The notes under the pieces are model-generated. The model was given only the letters and a program-made list of their open reading frames with translations, ran no database searches and was not told the DNA's origin. From NCBI RefSeq assembly GCF_965284515.1, contig NZ_OZ260089.1, forward strand, positions 1,797,301 through 1,861,300: a stretch of 64,000 nt of DNA, given 5' to 3'. This document shows, piece by piece, positions 50,434 through 60,716 of the stretch. Within the stretch, counting starts at the first letter, position 1. The number at the start of each line of letters is the position of its first letter. This stretch comes from Flavobacterium sp. (GTDB lineage Bacteria > Bacteroidota > Bacteroidia > Flavobacteriales > Flavobacteriaceae). The position numbers were made by a program, and so were the translations under genes.

Positions 50434-50868
50434 CTATAAAGAAGGTTTCCCAAGTAAATATCTAAATTCACAATCTATTAAAACTTTGTTACTCATAGCT
50501 TGTCTGCCTAATAACATGTGAAAACCCATTAGTTTTCTATTGGTTAGTGTAATTTCAATAGGGTAAGATGAATTTCCTAAAATAAGTTTAGTCTCAATTA
50601 CAAAACGTTCTTCTTTATTGCCATTTGAACTTTTAATTATTCTTTTTTCAACTAATTTAGCTTCACATTGCACAATTAAATCGGGTCTAGATTTTAATGG
50701 ATGTAATGAAAATTGCACCCAGTTTTCATCATTTTTAATAAACTTAGTCAAATTATCAGCGTGTAAGGCTGTTGTTTTCGCACCAGAATCTACTTTAGCT
50801 TTGATTAACTCAATACCTAAATCAGGTAAAGAACACCATTCTCTTGATCCAATAATTATTTTATTCAT
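50434..50868 (-). CDS. Stand-alone RimK-associated retropepsin-like ('ATP-dependent zinc protease') protein
   Basis: IGSREW, KAKVDSGAKTTALHA, SSNG..EERFVI, TLTNR..MGFHMLLGR. Confidence 0.85.
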   Translation of the reverse strand: MNKIIIGSREWCSLPDLGIELIKAKVDSGAKTTALHADNLTKFIKNDENWVQFSLHPLKSRPDLIVQCEAKLVEKRIIKSSNGNKEERFVIETKLILGNSSYPIEITLTNRKLMGFHMLLGRQAMSNKVLIDCEFRYLLGKPSL

Positions 50869-50883
50869 AATAATAACATCAAT

Positions 50884-50911
50884 AAAAAACCTACTATTCA
50901 GTAGGTTTTTT
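50884..50911 (-). terminator. Terminator overlapping the last clpC codons
   Basis: On minus: aaaaaacctact-gaat-agtaggtttttt; includes the TAG stop. Confidence 0.6.
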
Positions 50912-53443
50912 AGCTTTTTTAATTGAAATTTTTAATTCATTCGTTTTCTCATCTAAGTCCATAAAGATTTCATCTCCTTCATGAATTTTAGAAGTAATTA
51001 TTTCTTCAGCAAGTGCATCTTCGACATATTTTTGAATTGCTCTTTTCAAAGGTCTAGCCCCAAATTGTTTATCAAAGCCTTTATCTGCAATATAGTCTTT
51101 TGCTTTTTCAGATAATGATAAATTATAGCCTAAGTCTTTAACACGTAAGTAAAGTTTTGCCATTTCTATATCAATAATTTTGTCGATATCTTCTTTTTCT
51201 AAAGCGTTAAAAACTACAACATCATCAATTCTATTTAAGAACTCTGGGGCAAATGCTTTTTTAAGTGCATTTTCAATAATTCCTTTAGAATGATCATCAG
51301 CTTGAGCTACTTTTGAAGCCGTTCCAAAGCCTACACCTTGCCCGAAGTCTTTTAATTGACGAGCTCCAACATTTGAAGTCATAATGATAATAGTATTTCT
51401 AAAATCAATTTTACGGCCTAAACTATCAGTTAAATGTCCATCATCAAGAACTTGTAACATCATGTTAAAAACATCCGGATGTGCTTTTTCAATTTCATCT
51501 AAAAGAACAACACAATAAGGTTTTCTTCTTACTTTTTCAGTTAATTGTCCTCCTTCTTCATAGCCTACATATCCTGGAGGTGCACCGACTAATCTAGAAA
51601 TTGCAAATTTCTCCATGTATTCACTCATGTCAATTCGAACTAAAGTGTCTTCAGAGTCGAATAATTCTTTTGCAATTACTTTAGCTAATTGTGTTTTACC
51701 AACACCTGTTTGGCCTAAAAATATGAAAGAGCCAATTGGTTTGTTTGGGTCTTTTAATCCAGCACGATTTCTTTGAATTGCTTTTGCAACTTTTTCAACA
51801 GCTTCATCTTGACCAATTACTTTTCCTTTAATTAATTCAGGTAAGTGCGCTAATTTGTTGCTTTCAGTTTGTGCAATTCTATTAACAGGAATTCCAGTCA
51901 TCATTGAAACTACATCAGCTACATTATCTTCGGTAACAGTTATTCTATTATTTTTTGCATCTTCTTCCCATTTCTCTTGAGCAATAGCCAATTCCTTTTC
52001 TATTTTTTTCTCGTCATCTCTAAGTTTTGCTGCTTCTTCATACTTCTGTTTTTTAACGACAGTAGTTTTTAATTCTCTTACATCTTCAAGTTGTCTCTCT
52101 AACTCAATGATTTGTTTAGGGACATCAATGTTTGTAATATGAACTCTCGAACCAGCTTCATCCAATGCATCAATCGCCTTATCTGGAAGAAAACGATCAG
52201 TCATATATCTACTAGTTAATTTCACACAAGCTTCAATAGCTTCAGGAGTATATGTTACAGTATGGTGTTCTTCGTATTTACCTTTAATATTATTAAGAAT
52301 TGTAATCGTTTCTTCAATTGAAGTTGGTTCAATAATTACTTTTTGAAAACGTCTTTCTAGCGCTCCATCTTTTTCAATATATTGACGATATTCATCTAAA
52401 GTTGTAGCTCCAACACATTGTATTTCACCTCTTGCTAATGCTGGTTTAAACATATTTGAAGCATCAAGCGATCCAGTAGCTCCACCGGCACCTACTATTG
52501 TGTGAATTTCATCAATGAATAAAATGATATCGTCATTTTTTTCCAATTCATTCATTACAGCTTTCATGCGTTCTTCAAACTGACCACGGTATTTAGTTCC
52601 GGCAACTAAACTTGCTAAATCTAAAGTAACAACTCGTTTATTGAATAAAACACGAGAAACTTTCCTTTGAATAATTCGTAGTGCTAATCCTTCCGCAATT
52701 GCAGATTTACCAACCCCTGGCTCACCTATAAGTAATGGATTGTTTTTCTTTCTTCTACTTAAAATTTGAGAAACTCTTTCAATTTCTTTTTCACGACCAA
52801 CTACAGGGTCAAGTTTTCCTTGTTCAGCCATCTCAGTTAAATCTCTTCCGAAATTATCTAAAACTGGAGTTTTTGATTTTTTCGTACTCTTATTTCCTCC
52901 AGTTGGGTTATTAAATCCTCCATCTTTGGGAGTTTCTTCTTGGCTAGAGTCATCATTAAATGACTCAGCTTTTGGAAGATTTTCTATATAGTCGTTCTCG
53001 TTTGTCATCATTGTTGAATATTGGTCTTTAACACTTTCATAATCAATTTTAAGCTTGTTTAATAACTTAGTTGTGGGATCATTTTCATTTCTTAAAATAC
53101 ATAATAGTAAATGAGCCGTACTTATAAGTGTACTGTTGTAAAGTTTTGCCTCTAAAAAAGTTGTTTTTAGAGCTCTTTCAGCTTGCCTTGTTAAATGAAG
53201 GTTTTTTTTATCGTTATTTTGAATATCAGTTGTATTTGCAGGACTTAAAATTTCAACTTTATTTCTAAGATGCATAAAGTCAACAGCCATATTGTTTAAA
53301 ATGGCCATAGCTTTTCCTTGTCCTTCGCGAAGTAAACCTAGCATAAGGTGTTCTGTTCCTATAAAATCGTGTCCTAATCTTAAAGCCTCTTCCTTACTAT
53401 AAGAAATCACCTCTTTGACTCTTGGTGAAAAATTATCGTCCAT
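50894..53443 (-). CDS. clpC: ATP-dependent Clp protease ATP-binding subunit ClpC
   Basis: Clp_N repeats (FIGTEHL), [17 protein letters not shown] coiled coil, [27 protein letters not shown]. Confidence 0.95.
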   Translation of the reverse strand: MDDNFSPRVKEVISYSKEEALRLGHDFIGTEHLMLGLLREGQGKAMAILNNMAVDFMHLRNKVEILSPANTTDIQNNDKKNLHLTRQAERALKTTFLEAKLYNSTLISTAHLLLCILRNENDPTTKLLNKLKIDYESVKDQYSTMMTNENDYIENLPKAESFNDDSSQEETPKDGGFNNPTGGNKSTKKSKTPVLDNFGRDLTEMAEQGKLDPVVGREKEIERVSQILSRRKKNNPLLIGEPGVGKSAIAEGLALRIIQRKVSRVLFNKRVVTLDLASLVAGTKYRGQFEERMKAVMNELEKNDDIILFIDEIHTIVGAGGATGSLDASNMFKPALARGEIQCVGATTLDEYRQYIEKDGALERRFQKVIIEPTSIEETITILNNIKGKYEEHHTVTYTPEAIEACVKLTSRYMTDRFLPDKAIDALDEAGSRVHITNIDVPKQIIELERQLEDVRELKTTVVKKQKYEEAAKLRDDEKKIEKELAIAQEKWEEDAKNNRITVTEDNVADVVSMMTGIPVNRIAQTESNKLAHLPELIKGKVIGQDEAVEKVAKAIQRNRAGLKDPNKPIGSFIFLGQTGVGKTQLAKVIAKELFDSEDTLVRIDMSEYMEKFAISRLVGAPPGYVGYEEGGQLTEKVRRKPYCVVLLDEIEKAHPDVFNMMLQVLDDGHLTDSLGRKIDFRNTIIIMTSNVGARQLKDFGQGVGFGTASKVAQADDHSKGIIENALKKAFAPEFLNRIDDVVVFNALEKEDIDKIIDIEMAKLYLRVKDLGYNLSLSEKAKDYIADKGFDKQFGARPLKRAIQKYVEDALAEEIITSKIHEGDEIFMDLDEKTNELKISIKKAKKPTE

Positions 53444-53490
53444 CTTCTATTGTGTTTATTGTAAAAGTAAAAAGATTTGCTTTATATATA

Positions 53491-53505
53491 GCAAAAAACA
53501 TACCT
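53491..53505 (-). promoter_or_regulatory. Candidate sigma54-like site upstream of clpC
   Basis: Minus strand AGGTATGTTTTTTGC (GG-N10-GC). An alternative housekeeping -7 variant TACTTTTA lies at 53469-53462. Confidence 0.3.
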
Positions 53506-53704
53506 AAACTATATTTATATGCTAATTGACAAAAAAAAAGTGATAAAAAAAAATCAAAAGTTTACTAATTGATATATTTTTTTTAAAGATAAAATTGTTA
53601 ATAAATCGTTTAAATTTATAGTTTAAATTGGCTTTGAAAATTAGAAAAAGCCGTATATTGTCGCGTTTAAGAATGAATTATAATTTTAATATAAATAAAT
53701 ATAT

Positions 53705-56263
53705 ATGTCTGACGGAGAAAAGTTAATTTCGATTAACATTGAAGACGAAATGAAGTCAGCTTACATTGATTATTCAATGTCAGTTATTGTATCGAGAGCA
53801 CTTCCAGATGTAAGAGATGGTTTAAAACCAGTACATCGTAGAGTTTTATTTGGAATGTATGAATTAGGTGTTTTATCAAATAGAGCACATAAAAAGTCTG
53901 CAAGAATTGTTGGAGAAGTATTAGGAAAGTACCACCCACATGGTGATACCTCTGTTTATGATGCAATGGTGCGTATGGCTCAAGATTGGAGTTTACGTTA
54001 TTTACTTGTTGATGGACAAGGGAACTTTGGTTCAGTTGATGGAGATAGTCCTGCAGCAATGCGTTATACTGAAGCTAGAATGCAAAAACTTTCAGAAGAA
54101 ATTTTGGCAGATATTGACAAAGAGACAGTTGATTTTCAATTGAATTTTGACGATACTTTGGAAGAGCCTAAGGTAATGCCAACCAGGGTTCCTAACTTAC
54201 TTATTAATGGAGCTTCAGGAATTGCAGTAGGTATGGCTACAAATATGCCTCCACATAACTTAACTGAAGTTATTGACGGTACGTTAGCCTATATCGACAA
54301 TAACGATATTGAAATTGATGAATTGATGACTCATATTAAGGCTCCTGATTTTCCAACAGGTGGAGTTATTTATGGGTACGAAGGTGTAAGAGAAGCATTT
54401 AAAACAGGTCGTGGACGTATTGTAATGCGTGCTAAAGCTCGTTTTGAAGAAAGTAATAACAGAGAAGCTATTATTGTTACTGAGATTCCTTATCAAGTGA
54501 ATAAAGCCGATATGATTAAGAAAACGGCTGACTTAATTAATGATAAGAAAATAGAAGGTATTTCTACAATTCGTGATGAATCGGATAGAAACGGAATGCG
54601 TATTGTTTATGAATTAAAAAGAGATGCGGTTCCTAATATTGTATTAAATACACTTTATAAGTACACACAACTTCAATCTTCTTTCAGTGTAAACAACATT
54701 GCATTAGTTAACGGTAGACCACAAATGTTGAATCTAAAAGAGCTGATTCATTATTTTGTTGAACACCGTCATGAAGTTGTTATTCGAAGAGCACAATATG
54801 AATTGAGAAAAGCTGAAGAACGTGCTCATATTTTAGAAGGTTTAATTATTGCTTCTGATAATATTGATGAAGTAATTGCTTTAATTCGTTCTTCTAAAGA
54901 TGGTGAGGAAGCTAGGGCAAAGTTAATTGAGCGATTTAAATTATCTGAAATTCAAGCTCGTGCTATTGTAGAAATGCGATTAAGACAACTAACTGGTCTT
55001 GAGCAAGATAAATTACGTGGAGAATACGAAGAAATAATGAAATTAATTGCAGGGTTAAAAGAATTATTGGCAAGTAAAGAATTGCGAATGGAACTTATTA
55101 AAACTGAATTAGTTGAAATTAGAGATAAATATGGAGATGAGCGTCGTTCTATCATAGAATATGCTGGTGGAGATGTAAGTATTGAAGATTTAATTGCTGA
55201 TGAACAAGTTGTTGTTACTATTTCTCATGCAGGTTATATTAAAAGAACTTCATTAACCGAGTACAAAACACAAAATAGAGGAGGAGTAGGACAAAAAAGT
55301 GCTGCTACAAGAGATCAAGATTTCTTAGAACATTTATTTGTCGCGACAAATCACCAGTATTTAATGTTCTTTACTCAAAAAGGTAAATGTTTCTGGATGC
55401 GTGTTTTCGAAATTCCAGAAGGTACAAAAGCAAGTAAAGGTAGAGCTATTCAAAACCTTATAAATATTGAAAACGATGATAAAGTGAAAGCTTACATCTG
55501 TACTCAAGATCTAAAGGATGAAGAATACATCAATAATCATTTTGTAATTATGGCTACTAAGAATGGTCAAGTTAAGAAAACTCCACTTGAGCAATATTCT
55601 CGTCCACGTCAAAATGGTATTAATGCTATTACAATTAAGGATAATGATGAGTTATTAGAAGCTAAATTAACAACAGGAAATAGTCATGTTTTACTAGCAG
55701 TTAAATCGGGTAAACTGGTTCGATTTGAAGAAAGCAAAACAAGACCAATGGGTAGAACTGCATCTGGAGTTAGAGGTATTACTCTAGCTAATGATCAAGA
55801 TGAACTTATTGGAATGGTTGCTATTGATGAAAATGACATCAATGATTCGCAAATTTTAGTTGTTACTGAAAATGGTTACGGTAAACGTACAAAATTAGTA
55901 GACGATGATGGTGAAGACGTATATAGAGTTACTAATAGAGGAGGTAAAGGTGTTAAAACACTTAATTTAACTGAGAAAACAGGTTCGTTAATCTCGATTA
56001 ATGGTGTAACAGATGAAGATGATTTAATGATTATCAATAAATCGGGTTTAACTATTAGAATGGAAATTTCTGATTTACGTGTTATGGGTAGAGCAACTCA
56101 AGGTGTTCGTTTAATAAATATTAAAGGAAACGACTCAATTGCTGCTGTTACAAAAGTATTACGTGAAGAAGAAGACGAAAACATTATGGATATTGATGGT
56201 GAAGTTATTGACGAAAATCAAATTGAAGGAGAAGATTCATCTGAAGCTGATTCTCAAGAATAA
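53705..56263 (+). CDS. gyrA: DNA gyrase subunit A
   Basis: [29 protein letters not shown] (catalytic Tyr), QNRGGVG GyrA box, C-terminal pinwheel repeats. Confidence 0.98.
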   Translation: MSDGEKLISINIEDEMKSAYIDYSMSVIVSRALPDVRDGLKPVHRRVLFGMYELGVLSNRAHKKSARIVGEVLGKYHPHGDTSVYDAMVRMAQDWSLRYLLVDGQGNFGSVDGDSPAAMRYTEARMQKLSEEILADIDKETVDFQLNFDDTLEEPKVMPTRVPNLLINGASGIAVGMATNMPPHNLTEVIDGTLAYIDNNDIEIDELMTHIKAPDFPTGGVIYGYEGVREAFKTGRGRIVMRAKARFEESNNREAIIVTEIPYQVNKADMIKKTADLINDKKIEGISTIRDESDRNGMRIVYELKRDAVPNIVLNTLYKYTQLQSSFSVNNIALVNGRPQMLNLKELIHYFVEHRHEVVIRRAQYELRKAEERAHILEGLIIASDNIDEVIALIRSSKDGEEARAKLIERFKLSEIQARAIVEMRLRQLTGLEQDKLRGEYEEIMKLIAGLKELLASKELRMELIKTELVEIRDKYGDERRSIIEYAGGDVSIEDLIADEQVVVTISHAGYIKRTSLTEYKTQNRGGVGQKSAATRDQDFLEHLFVATNHQYLMFFTQKGKCFWMRVFEIPEGTKASKGRAIQNLINIENDDKVKAYICTQDLKDEEYINNHFVIMATKNGQVKKTPLEQYSRPRQNGINAITIKDNDELLEAKLTTGNSHVLLAVKSGKLVRFEESKTRPMGRTASGVRGITLANDQDELIGMVAIDENDINDSQILVVTENGYGKRTKLVDDDGEDVYRVTNRGGKGVKTLNLTEKTGSLISINGVTDEDDLMIINKSGLTIRMEISDLRVMGRATQGVRLINIKGNDSIAAVTKVLREEEDENIMDIDGEVIDENQIEGEDSSEADSQE

Positions 56264-56274
56264 TTTATAAAAAG

Positions 56275-56298
56275 AAAGCCCAAATTTATTTGGGCTTT
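56275..56298 (+). terminator. Hairpin after gyrA
   Basis: aaagcccaaat-tt-atttgggcttt. Confidence 0.65.
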
Positions 56299-56324
56299 AT
56301 GTTATATACTAAATTAATAAAAAT

Positions 56325-57509
56325 ATGAAAAAATTAATTTTAGGTGTAGCTCTAATGTTATCAGTTGCTACATTTGCTCAAAAGGATGAGCTAAAAACTC
56401 TAAAGAAATTATATTCTAGAGAAAATTTAAATGAAAAAGATATAGTTCTTTACAAATCAACAATTGCATCACTTGAAAGTATTGCTTCTGAGAAATCAGA
56501 TAAAGTTTATTTAAATTTCTATAAAGGAATGTTGCCTTTAATTGAAATCATGTCTTTAGGTGATACAGTTACACCAGCAGACCAAATGAGAGTTTTTAAT
56601 CCAAAAGCTTTAGATGATTTGTCTAATTCATTGGTTGCTACTATAGATTTTGAAAAAGAGTCAGGAAAGGAGATTTATACTAAAGATATAGAAGAAACAC
56701 TATCATGGTTTAAACCAATGTTAAGCCAATTTGCTTTTCAATTAAATTCTAATTCTAAATTTAAAGAAGGTTCTGAATTATTTTATAATATTTATAAGCT
56801 AGATAAAAATGATGGTTCAAATCTTGAAAACGCCGCTATATTAGCTGTTCAGGCACAAGACTATGTTCAAGCTGAAAAGTATTACAGAGAGTTTTTTAAT
56901 AGTGATTATATCAACAAACACATTAATTACTTTGCAATAAATAAAGCAAGTGGACAAGAAGAGTCTTTTCCGTCTAGAGAATCGAGAATGAAATCTATTG
57001 GATTAGGAATTCACGAAAAGCCAAGAGAAGAGAAACTTTCAGTTAAAAAACCTGAAATATCTAAAACAATTGCAGTATTGTCTTTTCAGAATGGAAATAT
57101 AGAACAAGCTAAAAAAGATTATAAATTAGCTAAAGAACTAAATCCTGATGATATCGAGGTGTTGTCTAATGAAGCTAATGTATATTATCAATCAAATGAC
57201 TTAGTTAGTTATGAAAAATTAGTAAAAGAATTGATTTTAAAAGATCCTACTAATGCAAGTTTGCACTTTAATATAGGTTACTTATCTTTATCAGAAGATC
57301 AAAAGATAGTTGATGAGTTGAATAAAAACACATCAAATAATAAATTGTATAATGAATTAATGGAGAAAAGAAAGGCGATTTTTAGAAATGCATTACCACA
57401 TTTTGAAAAATCATATTCTTTAGACTCTAGTAATGATAACACAAAGCAATTACTTAGATTGACTTACGAAGTTTTAGGAATGAAAGATAAAGCTGCTACA
57501 ATTAAATAA
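56325..57509 (+). CDS. Exported tetratricopeptide repeat protein
   Basis: Signal peptide ending FAQK; TPR-like helices (YKLAKELNPDD, LILKDPTN..LHFNIG, ALPHFEKSY). Confidence 0.85.
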   Translation: MKKLILGVALMLSVATFAQKDELKTLKKLYSRENLNEKDIVLYKSTIASLESIASEKSDKVYLNFYKGMLPLIEIMSLGDTVTPADQMRVFNPKALDDLSNSLVATIDFEKESGKEIYTKDIEETLSWFKPMLSQFAFQLNSNSKFKEGSELFYNIYKLDKNDGSNLENAAILAVQAQDYVQAEKYYREFFNSDYINKHINYFAINKASGQEESFPSRESRMKSIGLGIHEKPREEKLSVKKPEISKTIAVLSFQNGNIEQAKKDYKLAKELNPDDIEVLSNEANVYYQSNDLVSYEKLVKELILKDPTNASLHFNIGYLSLSEDQKIVDELNKNTSNNKLYNELMEKRKAIFRNALPHFEKSYSLDSSNDNTKQLLRLTYEVLGMKDKAATIK

Positions 57510-57522
57510 TTATTATAGTTAT

Positions 57523-57556
57523 AAAAAAAAATCCCGCTTAATGCGGGATTTTTTTT
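57523..57556. terminator. Bidirectional terminator
   Basis: aaaatcccgc-ttaat-gcgggatttt with long A and T flanks. Confidence 0.88.
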
Positions 57557-58316
57557 ATATAATTTTTTTTATAACTCTTAATTTGTGTGTATGTCTTCCA
57601 GTGTCTACATTATAAATACCAAGGTGATCTAATCTGTCAATTCGTACTTTTCCAGAAGCATGAATAATGTAGTTATCGTTCATCATTATTCCTACATGTG
57701 TAATATTTCCTTCTTCATTATCAAAAAAAGCTAAATCTCCTGGTTCACTTTCTTCAATAAAACTTAATGCTTCTCCTTGAGTAGCTTGGTCTGATGCATC
57801 TCGTAAAAGTCTATAACCATTAATTTTATAAACCATTTGAGTGAAACCTGAACAATCAATGCCAAAAGGAGTTTTTCCTCCCCATAAATAAGGTGAGTTT
57901 AAATACATGAAAGCAGTTTTAATTAAATTATCTTTCTCTTTTTTGCCACAAATTTTTATACCATCAAATGTATAGTTTAAAGTATTAATATGCTCGTTTT
58001 CTAAAAAAGATAATGAAGCTCCTAGTGGAACTGGAGTCAGAATATTGTTTGGTGTAGAAATATATTCAATTAAATCACTATTTAAAACAATAGGAGAATT
58101 ATTTAAATAATTAAAATGTTCTTCGCTAATTATTAAATACTGTTTGTTATCTATCCATCCAATATAATTATCAAATGCAATTTCTATTTTAGTCCATTTT
58201 TTATCTTGTTCTAAAATAGTAAAATGCTCTCCAAATAAGATTTGAGAAACTTGCTCGCTTCTATCTGAAGGTTCAAATCGAATAGGAACTATGGAAAGAT
58301 TGCAAATTCCGAACAT
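57555..58316 (-). CDS. NlpC/P60 (C40) peptidase with N-terminal SH3-like domain
   Basis: SEQVSQILFGE, YLWGG, GIDCSG (Cys), THVG (His), HASG. Confidence 0.92.
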   Translation of the reverse strand: MFGICNLSIVPIRFEPSDRSEQVSQILFGEHFTILEQDKKWTKIEIAFDNYIGWIDNKQYLIISEEHFNYLNNSPIVLNSDLIEYISTPNNILTPVPLGASLSFLENEHINTLNYTFDGIKICGKKEKDNLIKTAFMYLNSPYLWGGKTPFGIDCSGFTQMVYKINGYRLLRDASDQATQGEALSFIEESEPGDLAFFDNEEGNITHVGIMMNDNYIIHASGKVRIDRLDHLGIYNVDTGRHTHKLRVIKKII

Positions 58317-58320
58317 TAAA

Positions 58321-58377
58321 AATAATTATGAGTTAATAATTATGAGTTGTAGAATATAAATTTTACAACTCATAATT
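58321..58377. repeat. Intergenic direct-plus-inverted repeat
   Basis: aataattatgagtt x2 (58321-58348); 14-bp inverted repeat aattatgagttgta / tacaactcataatt. Confidence 0.8.
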
Positions 58378-58384
58378 CATAAGG

Positions 58385-59563
58385 TTAGGCTTTTTCAATT
58401 ACAATTGCAGATGCACCACCACCACCATTACAAATAGCAGCAGCACCAATTTTAGCATTGTTTTGTTCTAAAACATTAATTAAAGTTACAATAATTCTTG
58501 CTCCAGAACATCCAAGTGGGTGACCTAAAGATACAGCTCCACCATTTACGTTTACTTTATCATTTTCTAAACCAAGAATTTTAGCATTTGCTAAACCAAC
58601 TACAGAAAAAGCTTCGTTAAACTCAAAAAAGTCAACATCTGAAATACTTAAATTTGCTTTCTTTAAAGCAATTGGTAATGCTTTTGAAGGTGCAGTAGTA
58701 AACCAAACTGGTTCGTGTGCAGCATCAGCATAAGATTTAATATAGGCCAATGGTTTTAAGCCTAATTCATTTGCTTTATCTTCACTCATTAGAATTAACG
58801 CAGCTGCACCGTCATTAATTGTTGAAGCATTTGCGGCTGTAACAGTTCCTTCTTTTGTAAAAACAGCAGAAAGAGCTGGTATCTTGTCTAATTTAACGTT
58901 TGTATATTCTTCATCTTTAGAAACAATGATTGCATCTCCACGTCTCTGAGGTACTTCTACAGGAACGATTTCTGAATCAAACTTACCTGCATCCCATGCG
59001 TTAGCAGATCTTTTATACGATTGAATAGCAAAGTTATCTTGCTCTTCTCTTGATATTTTATGTTCTGTTGCACATAAATCTGCAGCAACCCCCATCGCAT
59101 TATTATCATATGCATCAACTAATCCGTCTTTTTGCATTCCATCTACTAAAGAAGTTGGTCCAAATTTCACACCATTTCTCATATGAACATAGTGAGGAAT
59201 AAGACTCATGTTTTCCATTCCACCTGCAACTACAATTTCTGCGTCTCCACACATAATTGCTTGTGCTCCTTGCATAACAGCTTTCATTCCGCTTGCACAT
59301 ACTTTATTAACAGTAGTACAAGGTACGGTATTAGATAACCCTGCGTAAATAGCTGCTTGTCTTGCTGGTGCTTGTCCGTTTCCTGCTTGAACAACATTAC
59401 CCATTATAACTTCATCAACTTTATTTGGGTCTAAATTAATTTTATTTAATGCACCTTTAATAGCTGCTGCTCCAAGTTTTGTAGCTGGCACAGTAGATAA
59501 AGCTCCCATGAAACTTCCAATTGGAGTTCTAACAGCAGATACAATTACAACTTTTTTACTCAT
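58385..59563 (-). CDS. Acetyl-CoA C-acyltransferase (thiolase)
   Basis: NKVCASG (Cys), NASTINDGAA, NEAF, GHPLGCSG, ICNGGG. Confidence 0.96.
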   Translation of the reverse strand: MSKKVVIVSAVRTPIGSFMGALSTVPATKLGAAAIKGALNKINLDPNKVDEVIMGNVVQAGNGQAPARQAAIYAGLSNTVPCTTVNKVCASGMKAVMQGAQAIMCGDAEIVVAGGMENMSLIPHYVHMRNGVKFGPTSLVDGMQKDGLVDAYDNNAMGVAADLCATEHKISREEQDNFAIQSYKRSANAWDAGKFDSEIVPVEVPQRRGDAIIVSKDEEYTNVKLDKIPALSAVFTKEGTVTAANASTINDGAAALILMSEDKANELGLKPLAYIKSYADAAHEPVWFTTAPSKALPIALKKANLSISDVDFFEFNEAFSVVGLANAKILGLENDKVNVNGGAVSLGHPLGCSGARIIVTLINVLEQNNAKIGAAAICNGGGGASAIVIEKA

Positions 59564-59761
59564 GTTTTCTTATAATTTTAAATGTTATGCGAATTTACTA
59601 ATTTAATTTTTAATCCTATAATTTTTTCAAGGATTAAAGGCTTTTTACGGAAATCCATTATTTACTTTTAAAGTTAATTATTTTTTTTAAAATGTATGTG
59701 ATTGAATTATAGGTATTTCAATAAAAATATAAAATAAATATAAAAAAAAGCATAAAAAATG

Positions 59762-59792
59762 TTGTGATATATGAAGTGAAAGTGTACATTTG
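59762..59792 (+). promoter_or_regulatory. Promoter of tRNA operon
   Basis: TTG (59762-59764), 20-nt spacer, TACATTTG (59785-59792). Confidence 0.75.
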
Positions 59793-59836
59793 CAATCGCA
59801 AAAAAGATAAGTTCTTTGCTTTAAGAGTTTAAGATT

Positions 59837-59920
59837 GGAGAGGTGCCGGAGTGGTAACGGAGCAGATTGCTAATCTGTCGACGGGTAACCGTCGCCAGGG
59901 TTCGAGTCCCTGTCTCTCCG
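59837..59920 (+). tRNA. tRNA-Ser(GCT)
   Basis: GGAGAGG acceptor stem, anticodon loop TGCTAAT, long variable arm, GTTCGAGTC T-loop; no encoded CCA. Confidence 0.95.
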
Positions 59921-59932
59921 CTTTTATATTTT

Positions 59933-60007
59933 CGGGGTGTAGCGTAGCCCGGTCATCGCGCCTGCTTTGGGAGCAGGAGGTCGCAGGTTCGAATCCTGCC
60001 ACCCCGA
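59933..60007 (+). tRNA. tRNA-Pro(TGG)
   Basis: CGGGGTG...CACCCCG acceptor, anticodon arm cctgc-TTTGGGA-gcagg, GTTCGAATC. Confidence 0.96.
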
Positions 60008-60021
60008 CGAAAATAATTAAT

Positions 60022-60095
60022 GGTTGCGTAGCTCAGCTGGATAGAGCAACTCACTTCTAATGAGTAGGTCCCAGGTTCGAATCCTGGCGCGATCA
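60022..60095 (+). tRNA. tRNA-Arg(TCT)
   Basis: GGTTGCG / CGCGATC acceptor, anticodon arm actca-CTTCTAA-tgagt, GTTCGAATC. Confidence 0.95.
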
Positions 60096-60096
60096 C

Positions 60097-60127
60097 AAAA
60101 AAAGCCTTGCATTTGCAAGGCTTTTTT
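60097..60127. terminator. Bidirectional terminator after tRNA operon
   Basis: aaaagccttgca-tt-tgcaaggctttt. Confidence 0.88.
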
Positions 60128-60147
60128 GTTTTATAATCTTTTTGTTT

Positions 60148-60714
60148 TTATTCAATACATTTTAAGAAATCAATAAATATGTTTTCTGGATAAAATGTTG
60201 TGTTTAATAATTCAGATTGAATTTCTTTTTTTATTACAAAATCTTTAGCTCCATTAGTAAACTGGATTCTCATTAAGTTTATGGGAGAATTTTTTAATTC
60301 TTCATAATTGTTTTTTGTAAATAAAAAATATCCATCAAGTATTCTAATGTTCCTATTATCTTTTTCATTATAGACTAGTGTATTACATACTTCTTCAGTA
60401 TTGCTCACTAAAGTAACGATTTTACCATTTGCTAATTGAAAAACAATCCTAGATGTTTTATCTAAACAATTTGCTGAAATAAAATCTTTGCTAGTTTGAA
60501 TAAATTGTAAGTTTAATGTAGGTATGCCATTATTGTTTATTAAAACAAAATGTATCATTTCTTTACTTTCACCAAATATTCTCTCATAAATTAATTTCTC
60601 GGGCAAAACTTTTACAAATGTAGAATCTGTTTTATCATCATAGTCGTATTTACAATTTTTAGTTTGTGCTGAAGAAATAGTTATAGAAAATAGAATGAAT
60701 AATAGGTATTTCAT
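60148..60714 (-). CDS. Exported hypothetical protein
   Basis: Signal peptide from Met at 60714 (MKYLLF...SSAQ); three Cys in the central region plus flanking Cys; no family recognised. Confidence 0.7.
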   Translation of the reverse strand: MKYLLFILFSITISSAQTKNCKYDYDDKTDSTFVKVLPEKLIYERIFGESKEMIHFVLINNNGIPTLNLQFIQTSKDFISANCLDKTSRIVFQLANGKIVTLVSNTEEVCNTLVYNEKDNRNIRILDGYFLFTKNNYEELKNSPINLMRIQFTNGAKDFVIKKEIQSELLNTTFYPENIFIDFLKCIE

Positions 60715-60716
60715 AA

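Noticed and set aside
53596-53604. DnaA-box-like ttattaaca (minus strand) upstream of gyrA
   Set aside because: Single mismatched copy in very AT-rich DNA; no cluster suggesting an origin.
59851-60060. 69-aa ORF
   Set aside because: It overlaps three well-formed tRNA genes.
60095-60148. Integrated element at the tRNA-Arg 3' end
   Set aside because: The terminator follows immediately; there is no integrase or duplicated tRNA end in the window.
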